From Saccostrea echinata (Eukaryota), in contig NW_026889750.1 of assembly GCF_033153115.1 (NCBI RefSeq), positions 7,812,001 through 7,876,000 of the forward strand: 64,000 nucleotides of DNA, read 5' to 3'. The position numbers and the translations under genes were made by a program. The notes under the pieces are model-generated. The model was not told the origin of the DNA, did no database searches, and was given only the letters and a program-made list of their open reading frames with translations. Position 1 is the stretch's first letter. Each line of letters opens with the position of its first letter. Below, one piece after another: positions 44,236 through 57,022 of the stretch.

Positions 44236-46508
44236 ATGAAGAAAAATAAAGAAAAATTCGGAATGTGTTGGAAAATGTGGTTGCTGAGTATTTTAACTCC
44301 CTCCCTGTGTTATAAGTTTAACAGTCGTTCAACAGATACTTGTGAACCCATAGAGATACCCATGTGTCAACACATGCCGTACAATATGACTCGTATGCCC
44401 AATCTTTTACATCACAGTTCTCAAGAAAACGCTAAACTCGCCATAGAACAGTTTCAGCAGTTAATAGACCAAAATTGTAGTGATGTCATATTGTTTTTTC
44501 TATGTGCCATGTATGCGCCAATTTGTACTGTTAACTTTCAACATGCACCTATTCCCCCGTGCAGGAGCGTGTGTGAGCGCGCACGTGCAGGGTGTGAGCG
44601 AATTGTAAATTATCACAATATTTCGTGGCCGGAGTATTTAGACTGTTCACGTCTTCCGCGATATGATCGGGGAGTTTGTGTTTCACCAGCAGCTATTGTT
44701 CAATCTACCAAAATCACAAGTAACGGGACCGGAAGTGAGTATATTTAAATTTAATAAACAATTAAATACATTGTTTTATTTCTTTCAGTCATTCTATATC
44801 ATGCAAATATGCAGTTTGGGTAAATACGGATGTATGATTTTCATAACTTGCCTACATACAATGCGGTTTTGCTGTATTCTTCCGTCTAATATTAAAGATT
44901 ATATATATGTATAAATATTTTACTTCGTTGAACAATCTTTAGTATTTATATTTCAATCCCCCCATCCTAAACATTCAATTACCTTTATCTAACTTAAATT
45001 TTTAACATCATTTCTTTCCAAATATTTACTTAATGACTTCATATATTTGTCCGACAAATAGAATGTCAAAGCCTGCAAAAGAATACGACTAAAAGTTAAA
45101 ACCATGCCCTGGTGTTTGTGTGAGAAGTGTTTTAATCGGGCCTTTGATCGCAGTTATTAAATATTCCATAAAACTGATAATCCCTTGATTGAAGCCTACA
45201 TTATCGATAGAGTCACTCCAAATAAAACACTAGCACGGACATCAATCTCTCTTGACGACCTCAAACACTGCGCCTGTCTAAATATTGACCGTTCCTCTGA
45301 AGTTTTAGAACCAACAGTCCTCGTGCGCCATCCGATCAACAATTTAGTCCCCATCGGGTTCGTTACTGCGCCTTCCCATTGTTGCGGGGGAATAAATTCG
45401 GGGTATCTTTGAAGTTCAAATTTTCACTCCTATCAATTTCATTCGTTCACACTTTAAAGAATTCTCTCTGAGGTTTTTAAGACCTATGGGGTTTATTTTC
45501 TTCGCTGGGTCTGTCATTGAGTTTTAACGATCGAATGTTTTTTTTCATGCTGAACCCCGATGATTATCTCGATACCCCGTTATTAAGAGCACCAAAGTGA
45601 CTAATTATGCCACTTGACAAGTTTAATGTTATTCTTATATTCTATGCATATTTCAGCTAAGAAAATTTGTCAACATGAAATTCTGAGATGTGACTTTTTA
45701 CTTCATATCTTGCGATCTTTGTTAGAAACCAAATAATCTTCGAACTCCATGTAATCTTTTGCCCACAGATACTGTTTCATCTTTTCTAAAACTGTTGCGA
45801 CACTTGTTCTCCAGAACTCATTATTATTAATCTTACACCCAAGTTCATGCTGCTTTGAGCATCAATTTTTGCATTCATATCACTTTATATCTTCGGGGGC
45901 CTTTGAAATATATCTGTCGTAATTTGGAATCCAACTGAGCAAAAATTTCAACAAAATTGTGGAAAAGAGAAATTTAGATTTTTTTTCCCCTTTTCATCAT
46001 TATCCTTTTCCTTTGATAAAGATATATGCGGCATCTTTTTAAATTACGAACTTCAAAACTTAAGCTTTAGCCGAGGTATATTCAATACCTGTAAAACAAA
46101 TAGTTTTCACCGACCCCTTTAATATTTTGAAAGTTCAATGGAATTCATTACAAATAATCATTCTCTACGAACACATCATAGCGCTTTGTTTCTTTGAAGA
46201 CACTGATAGCCAAAAATGTATTTTAATTTTGTTTAACAGCGGAATCTGCTTTTATCCCTTTTCTTCTTTTGAGTGGCTTACTTTCATGTTTCATTGATTC
46301 TGCGTTGAAAGTGAGAGCAGATAAGACTGTAAATTAATTAATATTCCTCTTTCATGCAGACAAAGCAAATCCTGAAATACAGAATCCGCGTCCGCCTATA
46401 GGAGGTGGTCCAAAAGGTAGGATTTATAAACGTCATATATGTACAGAAAAAGTTTGGATCCGACATTGTCAAAACCAGAATAAACCCCCCAAAAAACCAT
46501 TACATTAC

Positions 46509-46575
<67 letters not shown>

Positions 46576-48531
46576 CAAATTAGCGAATTAAATTAATTTA
46601 CTTGATACTGGTATGTTGGTATATCAATGTATTCATAAATATTTAGTTCCAGATTGTAATGTTCTATACTTTCAAATAAGAATTATTTTATTGTTTTTGT
46701 TCTTGTATAAATTGAGACTTTTCTTCATTTTTTGGAATATCTTGAAACAAAAAATAAACAGTCCTACTGACACTCCTGAGATTACGTGTACTTTCACCTT
46801 CCTACATATTGGTTTAAAAACTTGAACTTTTAAAAAATTATTAAAATGTAAAGATACCTTTAACCTCCACTATTTCATTATTAGTTTCTTTGAAATTAAA
46901 CGTCTTCATTGTAATTTTAGTTTGTAGATGTAACCGTAAATCATCCAAACCAAAAAGAAAGAAATTCAAACAAGGGCGCTTTCATTTTGGTAAGTTCAGC
47001 GTATTCATGTTAATTTTGTTATGACACACGTAAGTAAAATTGAATTACTTAAAATTTTAGGAGAATCTTCGCACAATTCATTTATATTGAAATCAATTAA
47101 GGAAACATGACAGAAATTTACTGTTTCACATTTCACACATCTAGTGGAAGAACTATTTGTAAGAAAAAAATCCTAATCTGTATACGGCCACTTAATATAA
47201 CACAAACGTAAAGGCGATCGTATGTATTTTAATAAACATGCCCCACATGACAAAGTAAGATGCATATCAAAGGCAATTCTCAAATACCTGCCGGATTTAA
47301 AAAGGTAATGTTTTTAATTCTCATAATGAAAAATGTCAAAATAAGGTTTGTGTTCACAATGCTTCTTTCTCTAATTCACATTTTTGATGTAGTGGGGTTT
47401 ATCCGAGTCACACAAATATTTAACATCAACATTGTCCTTAAACCGCTTTCCCTTTTCTTAAAAGACATTATGAACCAATGATCAATAATGATTAAAGATA
47501 CGCAATGTTTTTTTCCGACACGATAAAATCAGAGGGAATTTAGTAGATTCCCAATGCTCGTGTGAACACGACCCCTGGAGAGACCTCGGTAATGATTATC
47601 AATGTGACTTTGACACTAAGGATTTGATTTCAAGAGTTTCAACGAAAAATTGACAAATACGCTTTACAGTCTAGTCGCCAACTCTCAATTGTTTTAAAAT
47701 CATCAAGATTATGCAACAGAAGTGATCTTATTTTTCTTCTGGTATTACTGCTATAGTACCCCACTGTGCACAAAATGATCATTCTTCAATATCACCATCA
47801 TAATTCTTTTAACAGCCACAAAATGTACATATACTTTTTGTGTCTTTTACAATTTTCAGACATTTTTCAGTATTTTTTTTTCTTTTTGTTTTGTTTTCGT
47901 TCAGCTATTCAAGGAAAAATCAAACAACAAGGTGTCATCAACAATGCTAATACTGTTACTAGAATCGAAGTCCTGAAAGTATTGAAGGAAAGCAAAGTCC
48001 ACATCAAGGTGAATACCACTGTTGATCTATGGACCAATTCCACGTGTGTCTGCCCGAGGCTCGATAGTGATCGCACATATCTGCTCATTGGATATGAGGA
48101 CACAGTTACACAAAGACTTTTGTTTTTGGATAACTGTCTTGCAGCAAAATGGCAAAAGCGATGGGTGAAAAGAATTAAGGTTTGTGTTGTTCTTTAACTT
48201 ACATGTATTTTTTGGTCCAGGAATGATGCATGATTCAATGGAAATTCAAACTCGTCATTCAATGAAATGATTTAATTATGAGGTGAAAAACATTGTATTC
48301 TCTTTTTCCAGAAATGGAACAGGAGAAAAGGAAGAAAGTGTAGAAAATCAAGGAGTAAAAGATGTCGAAAAGGTCGAAAAAGGAAAAATAAAAACAGGAA
48401 AAGGTATAAATATTTTAATTCTTAATAAATGTTGTACAAGACTGAGCAGTAAAGCTAACAAATACATCTGTCTGTCAAAGATGATATCTAATTCTGACTT
48501 TCTTCTCTTCTACAGAAAACAGAAAAGCTGA
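44236..48531 (+). CDS. FRZB: Secreted frizzled-related protein 3/4 (FRZB-like). Exons 44236-44734, 46360-46416, 46921-46989, 47905-48179, 48312-48403, 48516-48531
   Basis: Hydrophobic leader; Frizzled [12 protein letters not shown]...[25 protein letters not shown]...[12 protein letters not shown]...[14 protein letters not shown]...YDRGVCVSP, diagnostic of sFRP3/4; NTR domain CRC...[12 protein letters not shown]...YLLIGYED...RLL...KW; canonical splice sites in phases 1,1,1,0,2. The true start may be a downstream Met (44263 or 44275). Confidence 0.93.
46512..46573. repeat. (TA)n microsatellite
   Basis: Direct reading. Confidence 0.95.
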
Positions 48532-49126
48532 AACAAAGCGATAGTACGCAATAGCAGTATTGAGACATAAACAGTTTAAATGTATTAAAGGCGCCATTGT
48601 GGACATTGACAAAGTATCAGTCTAGACAAATCCAACATGGAGGAACTTAAAGTTTTGAACTGGTATCCATGATGGCGTTAATATGATGCAAACATGTCAA
48701 GAAAATATGGATATTCTTCTCAAACTTAACCAATATTTTCTTTTTAGTTATAGTCATACTGGTTTGTCCTTTTGAAACATATTTTATGAAATATGTTTGT
48801 GACTGATATATACGGAATTTCACTCCAAGAGTAAGCGATATGTCAACAATTTTTTTCTTCGGTATTACATGTTGCATTATCATTTTTAATTTAATTATCC
48901 TATCTGAGTTATGTTTTGAAAATGTAGATTGTATATATCAGACCATTTTTAAACTAAATTGTATTTTTGTTAAACTAATAATCATCTTTTTGCAATCAAT
49001 ATTGTATGATATCATTTCATTTGTTTCATATATACTTTCTCAATCATTAGACATATAATGTTACTAAGTAACAATTAGTAGTGAATTCTGAAATACAAAC
49101 ACTCTCCAAAAAATTGTTCAGGCAAT

Positions 49127-49495
49127 TAAGGAATGAATTTAATAGCTACCCAAGTTATACTGGTATAACCTGGGTCGGGGCAGTTTACGCTTTATAAACC
49201 GCGAAGCGGTTATAAAAAAGCGTAAACTGTTCCAACCAAGGTTATACCAGTATAACTTGGATAGCTATTAAATTCATTCCTTATTATTTAATTTTCATTC
49301 ATTAAATGTAAAAAATAAGACAATTTCTCCTTCATAAATGCCTTCAAATTGTACATATTTTAAATGTAACGTCAAACGGATTGATACGTTTTTGACGTAA
49401 GTCATTGTGACGTAGGCAACCCAGGTTATACAATATACTCTAATTTTTTTTTCCAATCAAATGACGCGTTACAACCAAAATTAAATTATAAGTAC
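49127..49495. mobile_element. Foldback-type non-autonomous element with a ~157-bp hairpin (49127-49283)
   Basis: taaggaatgaatttaatagcta.ccaagttatactggtataacc...ccgc-gaa-gcgg...ggttataccagtataacttgg.tagctattaaattcattcctta. Confidence 0.7.
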
Positions 49496-52400
49496 ATAAA
49501 GAAGTAAAACAGTCATTTCTTTTACATGGCATTTTTTTTTCAAAGCTTCCTCTGGCATACTGGACAATGGCTGAGGAACTTTGGTAAAGTAGCAGTGTTT
49601 TAAAAGACCAGATACAACAAGCTTTATTTTTAAATAAATATCTTTTATTGTGTATTCGACTTTGGAATGTATTAATACAAACTCTGACATTTATTTATCT
49701 TTTTTAATTGTTATGAATATGTCGAATAAATGAACTTCTGAATGTACATTGTACTTGTATCTTTTAACTCTCAGTGTGACAATATCAAGAAAAAACCAAG
49801 TGTTACATATTTTTGATAAGGAGTGCAATATTTTTAAACATCAAATGTACGCCGCTAATTTGCATACATGTTTGTAAATTCCCTGTAAAAACATGTAATA
49901 CATATATGTTTTTTTATGACAATTTTATCAATGATTTGATAAACTTCCATTCGTACGTGTATATCCATTGTTTGTTTACATTTCTTAATTATGTAAAATG
50001 TAGATTTTTTTCTCTGAGAGGAAATTCACAATCATCATGAGTTTGTACTATTATACTTGAAATAAATATCATTAAGTGTACTTTTATTATGAAATCGATG
50101 AGCAGAAATGTACTCTCCTATTTCTTTATATGTGGATTAGGTATCACTTTTTCAGTCAATGTTAATGTTTCAAATTTGCTATCTATATTAAAGGGAAATT
50201 TCATTTGAAATTTTAAGATAGGAAATTATGCAATTTATTAAAATGCTATTATATTAAGTTTCGAAACTATCTCTTATCATGCAACACATTCTCTACCGAA
50301 TTCTTCAATGCTGGAAAATTAAGTGAAAAGTATCGTATGGCTCCAAATATTGTACTTTGAAATGGATATGCTTGTTTGATAAATGAAAAATAAACTGTTG
50401 GAAAAATGAAACATCTATTATCCTCATTTCAAAGGAAACAAATTACTTTCATCAAGGTCCTTACTCTGATATTCAATATGGAACTCTGGGTGCTTTGAGG
50501 TAAGAAGACGGCGCGCCCCGCTTGAAAGGGTAACCCTTGCTTTATATGGATGGCAAAAGTCCCCAACGCCTTGATATCTGAAGGGTGTTGTCCAAACAAA
50601 GTAATTATTAGGAATGTTTAAAATCAGTATAAAAATCTTATGCTTTAGGTATTTTTCCAGCCTTTAATGATTGTCTTCGACAGTAATTTGGATGCAAAGG
50701 ACAAAGGTTATTAATCCAGAATATAATTGTGTATTTAACCTAAAGAAAGGACTATGGAGTTTTATTTGGTGAACAATTCGATTTATATAATTGCTTTACA
50801 TGTTCCACATGTACCATATGACATCAGGAAAAAAGGTTATCTAAAATAATCATGTTACAGAGGAAAATAATTCCTTTATAGAAAAGCCTTTTATCACTTG
50901 TTGTCAAAATAGGGTAGTTGCTAGGTGTCATTTTTTTCTATTTAATTCAGCAATTGAATTAATTTCGCGACAATGCTGGGCGATGAAAACGGCTTAAATT
51001 CATAACGAAAATCAACTTAATTATATTTTAATGAGTGTAGATTTTGATTAGCAAAATGCATTAAAATACATACATACCCACATTATGTATTTACACCGAT
51101 AACGGATTGTGTAAGGTCTTTACGGCTATGTTCTACTAAGAAACGTTGTTGTTGTTGTTGTTCTTGTACTCGCATGCTAATATTATAGAACTATTTGGAA
51201 ATAAGTACTTAACACTGTCCCGGATAAATCTGCTACCTTCAAAGTGGCAAATCAGCGCCCCCAAACTTTTATTTTATATAAGTACTCTAGTAACTTAACC
51301 TTTGATCTATTGATACAAACCTTTTATCACTGAAAAAAACGGAGTGATTTGAAGGTTTTGGAGTAAAAATAACTTGTCAAAACATAACTTTAGATGTCAC
51401 TATCACAAAACAAAGAAATGACAAAAAACCAACAGGTCGGTGGTAGTCTTTTTAAACGAAGTTTCAGTTGTTGCATTGGATTCTTATCAAATACGAGGGA
51501 TGCGCCTGGTAACCCTACCATTGCCTCATTGGAAACCAGAGAAAAGAAAAATTAAAATATTTCTGATTTTTTTTCTTTTATTTATTGCTAATGTTTGTTA
51601 AACTTATATACCAATTTTCATCAAAAGAATTTCATTAGAAAGGAGTATAAACACAATGCCTCAATAATTTCCGAACAGCCCGCGTAAATGTACATCTATT
51701 TAAACCACTATATAGTGACGGGTTTTGATAACCATGGCTACTGCATTGCAACTATTCAGGAAATGCGTGTGTTGAATGTTGCGACAACCACCTCAGGTGT
51801 GAGCTTAATCTCCACCATGCATTAAATGTTACTGTCTTGAAATTTTCTTCGAATTTCAATTTTAGGACAATTAAGGACATTTGTGTAAAAAGCATTACTC
51901 TTTTATGGCCAGGCAGAGGAATGGACAGATGCAAAACACCAACGAATAGCAACCGAATACAGTAGTTACTCATTTCGTTCTACAGGATCTTAAATGAATT
52001 GATCATGCTCTCTCTCTCTCTCTAACAAAAAAAAAAAACACTTTTTTTTAAATATTGAAATCTTTAAATTTCAAATCCCTGACATACGATTAAGCTTCCT
52101 CATTTCTTGTTCAGCAGGATTGCAAGTCGGATATATAATATTAAGACGTTTTAACCTTTTTGAGCAAAAGTTATGTTTGTATTTAATTTTTTTTCTTCCA
52201 AAATAATATACTTTTGACTATAATTGACTTTTCTACAGATGTACTCTTTCATTGGCTCGTGAATTTTTTTTTTTTTTTTTTTTCGTTTAAAAAAGTGCAC
52301 TTTTCATTTTCTGTCGTAGTTATTAATATGCATTTGACCGTGATTACAAGAGGAAGGTTTCTAAATAAAAAAGATTAATGAAGGAAACAGATATTATCTC

Positions 52401-53440
52401 AAAGAAAGAAATTAGAAAAGGAAGTGTTAGCAATTTACATTCTGGAGATGCACATCAAAACATCAACTAGGCTTAATTCTGAAAGTTCTAGGCATGATAA
52501 ACACATATAATCAAAGAAGAAACCGGCGACACACTTTAAAAAAATCCATTTGAAAGTGGACCATTAAATAACGCAGATTTAATCAATCAACACTGGTCTA
52601 AATTCTGCAAAATGTGAGGGAGGAAAATAATTCCGGGGATTGTGTAGGTTTTCTATATCCGAAAGTGATTAGGGTCGTCAATCACAGGGTACAGAAATAC
52701 TAGTAACTAAATTTTTCAACATCAAAACATCAAAAATGCATGAATTAAAACTTTGGCCAGATATTCCTGATCTTGACATGGTCTACAATCCTCTTTCAGG
52801 AATTTAAAATCTTCAACATTTGTGACCCTTTGCATTTTCGTTAAAATTATGTCGAGTAAAGCAGCAAAGAGTGCTTAGTAATTTAATACCATGCTTGTAT
52901 TTGCTTAGAAATTTGCGAAAGTTAAGTTCACAATATTGAAGCTTCAAGCATGAAGACAACGGTGAGAAAATCTTTTTAAAAGGAGATGGGTGAACATGGC
53001 GAGCGATAAGCCTATAGTATGACAAACATGAAGATGAAAAATTAAATTTCAGTTATATCAAATTTTTTCTTGATATTTCGTCTAACATTAAAATATACTT
53101 TATGTAAAATCTCTTCATTTTGCAAAAATTCCTCAAAGATTGAAATTATTTGCCTGTGAAATATTAGACTCGCACTAAAGCGGGCAAAAAGAGTCATTTT
53201 CTAATACTATAACACTATTTTTCGATATGAGTGGGTCTTTGCTCCACCTTTTTGAAAGTTAATCCTCAAAGGTTGCATAAAAATATACATTTTTGGGTTA
53301 CGAAAAATATGGAGCAATGACCCACTATACCTTAAAAATATACTTTTATGACATAAAATTCGCATCTTTTCGAGAAATACTTGAAGTCCATTAAGTCAAG
53401 GGTCATATCACAAGCATGATTTAAATGCCACACTTCATCA

Positions 53441-53532
53441 GGACTTGTGTAGTCTAGTGGTTAGCGTGCTAGTCTCGAAAGAAAATGATACTCAGGATTT
53501 TTATTGCTAGGGTTCGAACCCCACGAATACCA
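53441..53532 (+). other. tRNA-like sequence (SINE head or tRNA pseudogene)
   Basis: A-box TAGTCTAGTGG and B-box GGTTCGAACCC, ends ACCA; the anticodon arm does not fold cleanly and the spacer is too long for a normal tRNA. Confidence 0.5.
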
Positions 53533-54174
53533 CATTAATTTTTTTAATAAAAGAATAAATTTTGCCGAGAAAATTTTCCTCAAAAAAGTTTTGTTTATCA
53601 TAATTTCATAAATTTCAATAATGAGAACTTTACTCTAAATACTAAATTCACAAACTGAACATGATTTTTATATATCTGAAGCTATAGGCTTTCTGCACGC
53701 TATGTTCGCCCATCTCCTTCAAATGCTTGACATGTATAAAAATCAAAGGTGTCCACTGCCATAAATAGCTGAAGGTATGATACCAGTAAATTGTTATGTG
53801 TCTGAAAGTTTTAATATTGCATTACTATGCAGAAAAATCAGGGGTTTTATTCTTTCACCATCGACTTTATTTATAAACACAATATTAATTATAATACAGA
53901 GCTTTCGTGGCTAAACTTGATTCATTTTTTTTAAAAGTGGNNNNNNNNNNNNNNNNNNNNNNNNNNNNNNNNNNNNNNNNNNNNNNNNNNNNNNNNNNNN
54001 NNNNNNNNNNNNNNNNNNNNNNNNNNNNNNNNNNNNNNNNNNNNNNNNNNNNNNNNNNNNNNNNNNNNNNNNNNNNNNNNNNNNNNNNNNNNNNNNNNNN
54101 NNNNNNNNNNNNNNAGGCCTATGAGCTCTGAAGTTCACCTGAGTATCGTGAGTCTCTCAGGCCTAAACAAATAT

Positions 54175-55310
54175 GACCTGAATCCTGCACTGGGAGAATA
54201 TAAAATTTCGCAATCTCGATAAAGCTCAATGTTCAAACAGTTTTCTCGAGAATTTCACTCATATGGAGACACCACCACTTGTCGGTGGATGGCTGCAAAT
54301 TTAGACCTTTACTCGGCACTCAGGACCATTGAGCAGTGAGGGATCTTTTTCGTGCCAGCACCTACTGCGACACGGGACCTCGGTTTATACGGTCTCATCC
54401 GAAGGGCCAGTCTCCACGTCCCGCAGTGGGATTCAAACCCGCGACGTATAAGGATCAACTTCTTACTCCGCAACTCTAAAGCAAACGCTCTAACCACTGC
54501 GCCACGCGGGCGACTCATTAAAGCAGATTTGTATAGAAATAACACTATTTGACTACTTGTTCAATAAGCCCCTTTTTTAATCCAAGAGGCATAAATTTCA
54601 AAATCTGTAGGATCCTGTTGAAGAGAAATATCATTGTAAGAAAAGAATCTTGTAAAACTAAAAGTACATGTATATCTTGTTAGGGGAAGAGTTGCAATGA
54701 TGGTACTTCTTTCATAACGAGGTAAATTTGAATCAAACAATCTAATACACAATAGTGTAGACGATTTTTAAAGCAAATACATTTTCTAGCGATCAAAATT
54801 AACTATTTCTTGCATCACTCCAACATGTTATAGAATTTGCAGTGATAAAGGTAACTTCTTAGGGTGATGGTTAGACTTAGGGTCAGAGTGTTAGGGTCAG
54901 TTAGGGTTTGGCCTGGGGTGAAGGGTTAGAAAGAGAAAAACAAAAGCGCCCGCCACCGGCGGACCGGTGGCAGAGGCACTTGGCAATAAAAGTTTTCTCA
55001 CGTCTTAATGGCAGGTTTCTTATTTAGACGCCAATGTGGAAGCTTCATTAAATAGATTTAAAAGGGAAAATTTATCAGTATTAAACTTGTGCACAGACAG
55101 ACAGAGAGACGAACAGTCTCTGTGTTCAAATGAAGCAAATCATGAAATCTTTGCACAATAATAGACATGAGAATCTTTTAAGAATTCGTTTTTTTCTTCA
55201 TATTTATATAAAACTCGTGTTCAAATTCTTCCATTTAGAAGTAGAGTGTGACATAAAACTGTACATGAGGAAAGAGTGGGAAAACTTAGGCTGTCTTTTC
55301 TATTTTCCCC
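54175..55310 (+). repeat. Dispersed repeat of about 0.9 kb, copy 1 (interrupted by a SINE); copy 2 at 63113-64000
   Basis: Collinear similarity from tgaatcctgcactgg to gagtgggaaaacttaggct; includes degenerate TTAGGG-like units, a gccaccgg..ccggtggc hairpin and (ACAG)n. Confidence 0.85.
54243..54513 (-). mobile_element. tRNA-derived V-domain SINE lacking its tail
   Basis: Minus strand: A-box tggcgcagtgg, B-box ggtttgaatcc, core cttcggatgagaccgtataaaccgaggtccc; near-identical to 35309-35600. Confidence 0.85.
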
Positions 55311-55697
55311 ATAATTGGAACATATTTTAGACATTAGTCTTCCCATTACCTTGGAATTCCATTTTTTTTTAAATATGAAATCTCTAAATGCCAAAGAGTA
55401 AAGAAGGTTTTCTATGGTATAATGTATTTTCAATATTATAATATTGATCCGTCCCATCAGGAACACTGGAGCCGAGGATTATGATCTTTCAATTTGCATA
55501 GAGGGCTAAGTTATAAGTTGGTACACCGGTATATTCATGCAAACGATTTTCCTTTTAAATGTCCATAGAAGAAGATTGCATGATTTTGGACAGTTCTGGT
55601 CCCCTGAGTGACCAGGACCATGAAATTCAAATATTTCCTTTTGTCTTTAGATATTTCAAAAAATTGGTTGACTATTCCAGAGAAGATAAGAAATAAA

Positions 55698-56832
55698 AAC
55701 AAGATGTGTTTGTGAAACACTGATGCCCCCGTATGGCAGCTTATGGCGAAGGTTAAAGTTTCTCAAATGCAAGTCAAAATCCAGGCCAAAAGGTAAAAAA
55801 AATGTTGGTACCCAAAGAAAGGTCTTGTCTCTAGGAATATACCTGTGAAATTTCAAAGACCTAGCTGCAACTGTTCAAACGTTAGGGCGAAGGTTAAAGT
55901 TTTCTAAAGGTAAGTAAAACGTCAAGGTCAAAGTGGTTGGTATCCAAAGGAAGGTCTTGTCACAAGGATTACATATGTGAAGTATTAAAGCCCTAGCACC
56001 AACCATTCAAAAGTTATGGCCAAGGTTAAAGTTTTTCAAAAGTAGGTCAAACTCCTATGTCAAGGTCAAAGTGGTTGGTATCCAAAGGAAGGTTATGTCA
56101 CAAGGATTACATATGTGAAGTAACAAAGCCCTAGCATCAGCCATTCAAAAGTTATGGCGAAGGTTAAAGTTTTTCAAAAGTAGGTCAAACTCCTAGGTCA
56201 AAATCAAAAGGTTATAGTGGTTGGTGTCCAAAGGAAGGACTTGTCTCAAGGATTACATATGTGAAGTATGAAAGCCCTAGCTCCAACCATTCAAAAGTTA
56301 TGGCCAAGGTTAAAGTTTTTCAAAAGTAGGTCAAACTCCTAAGTCAAGGTCAAAGGATCATAGTGGTTGGTGTCCAAAGGAAGATCTTGTCACAAGGATT
56401 ACATATGTGAAGTATGAAAGCCCTAGCTCCAACCATTCAAAAGTTATGGCCAAGGTTAAAGTTTTTCAAAAGTAGGTCAAACTCCAAGGCCAAGGTCAAA
56501 AGGTCAAAGTTGTTTGTATACAAAGAAAGGCCTAGTCACGAAGAATATACATGTGAAAACCCCAAGCTCCAACTGTTCAGAAGTTATGGCCAAGGTTAAA
56601 GTCTCATAAAATTTTGCAAAAGTGGGTCAAACTCCAAGGTCAAGGTCAAAAGGTCAAATATGATGGTACCCAAAGAAAGGTCTTGTCACAAGGAATACAC
56701 ATGTGAAATATGAAAGTCATAGCTCCAATCCATCAAAAGTTATGGGCAAGGTTAAAGTTGACAACAGACAGTCAAACAGACAGACAGGACAAAAACAATA
56801 TACCCCCGGGATCTTTCGATCCGGGGGCATAA
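55698..56832 (+). mobile_element. Complete Helentron/HINE element (10125 family) with 138-146-bp internal units
   Basis: aacaagatgtgtttgtgaaacactgatgccccc...units at 55933, 56071, 56217 and 56363...(ACAG)n...cccccgggatctttcgatccgggggcataa. Confidence 0.9.
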
Positions 56833-56874
56833 TGATATGAAGTTTACGGATGAACAGCAGACGAGAATATAATA

Positions 56875-57022
56875 AAAGAATCATTGCTGGGTTTTTTTTG
56901 TCAATACGATGATTTAGCCACCTTCGAAGTACAATAGTCACTTCGGCGTTCGGGCTCGGTGAATATTAACCTCCTCAGGTGGCAAAATCATCGTATTGAC
57001 CTCAAAAACAGCAATAATTGTA
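56875..57022. repeat. Imperfect inverted repeat (foldback element remnant)
   Basis: attgctg...tttt.gtcaatacgatgattt.gccacct pairs with aggtggcaaaatcatcgtattgac...aaaaacagcaat. Confidence 0.7.

Noticed and set aside
51752-51973. 73-aa minus-strand ORF with a hydrophobic N-terminus
   Set aside because: No recognisable domain, cysteine pattern or supporting exon chain.
54855-54930. TTAGGG-like units as an interstitial telomere
   Set aside because: Degenerate, irregular and part of a dispersed repeat that occurs twice in the window.
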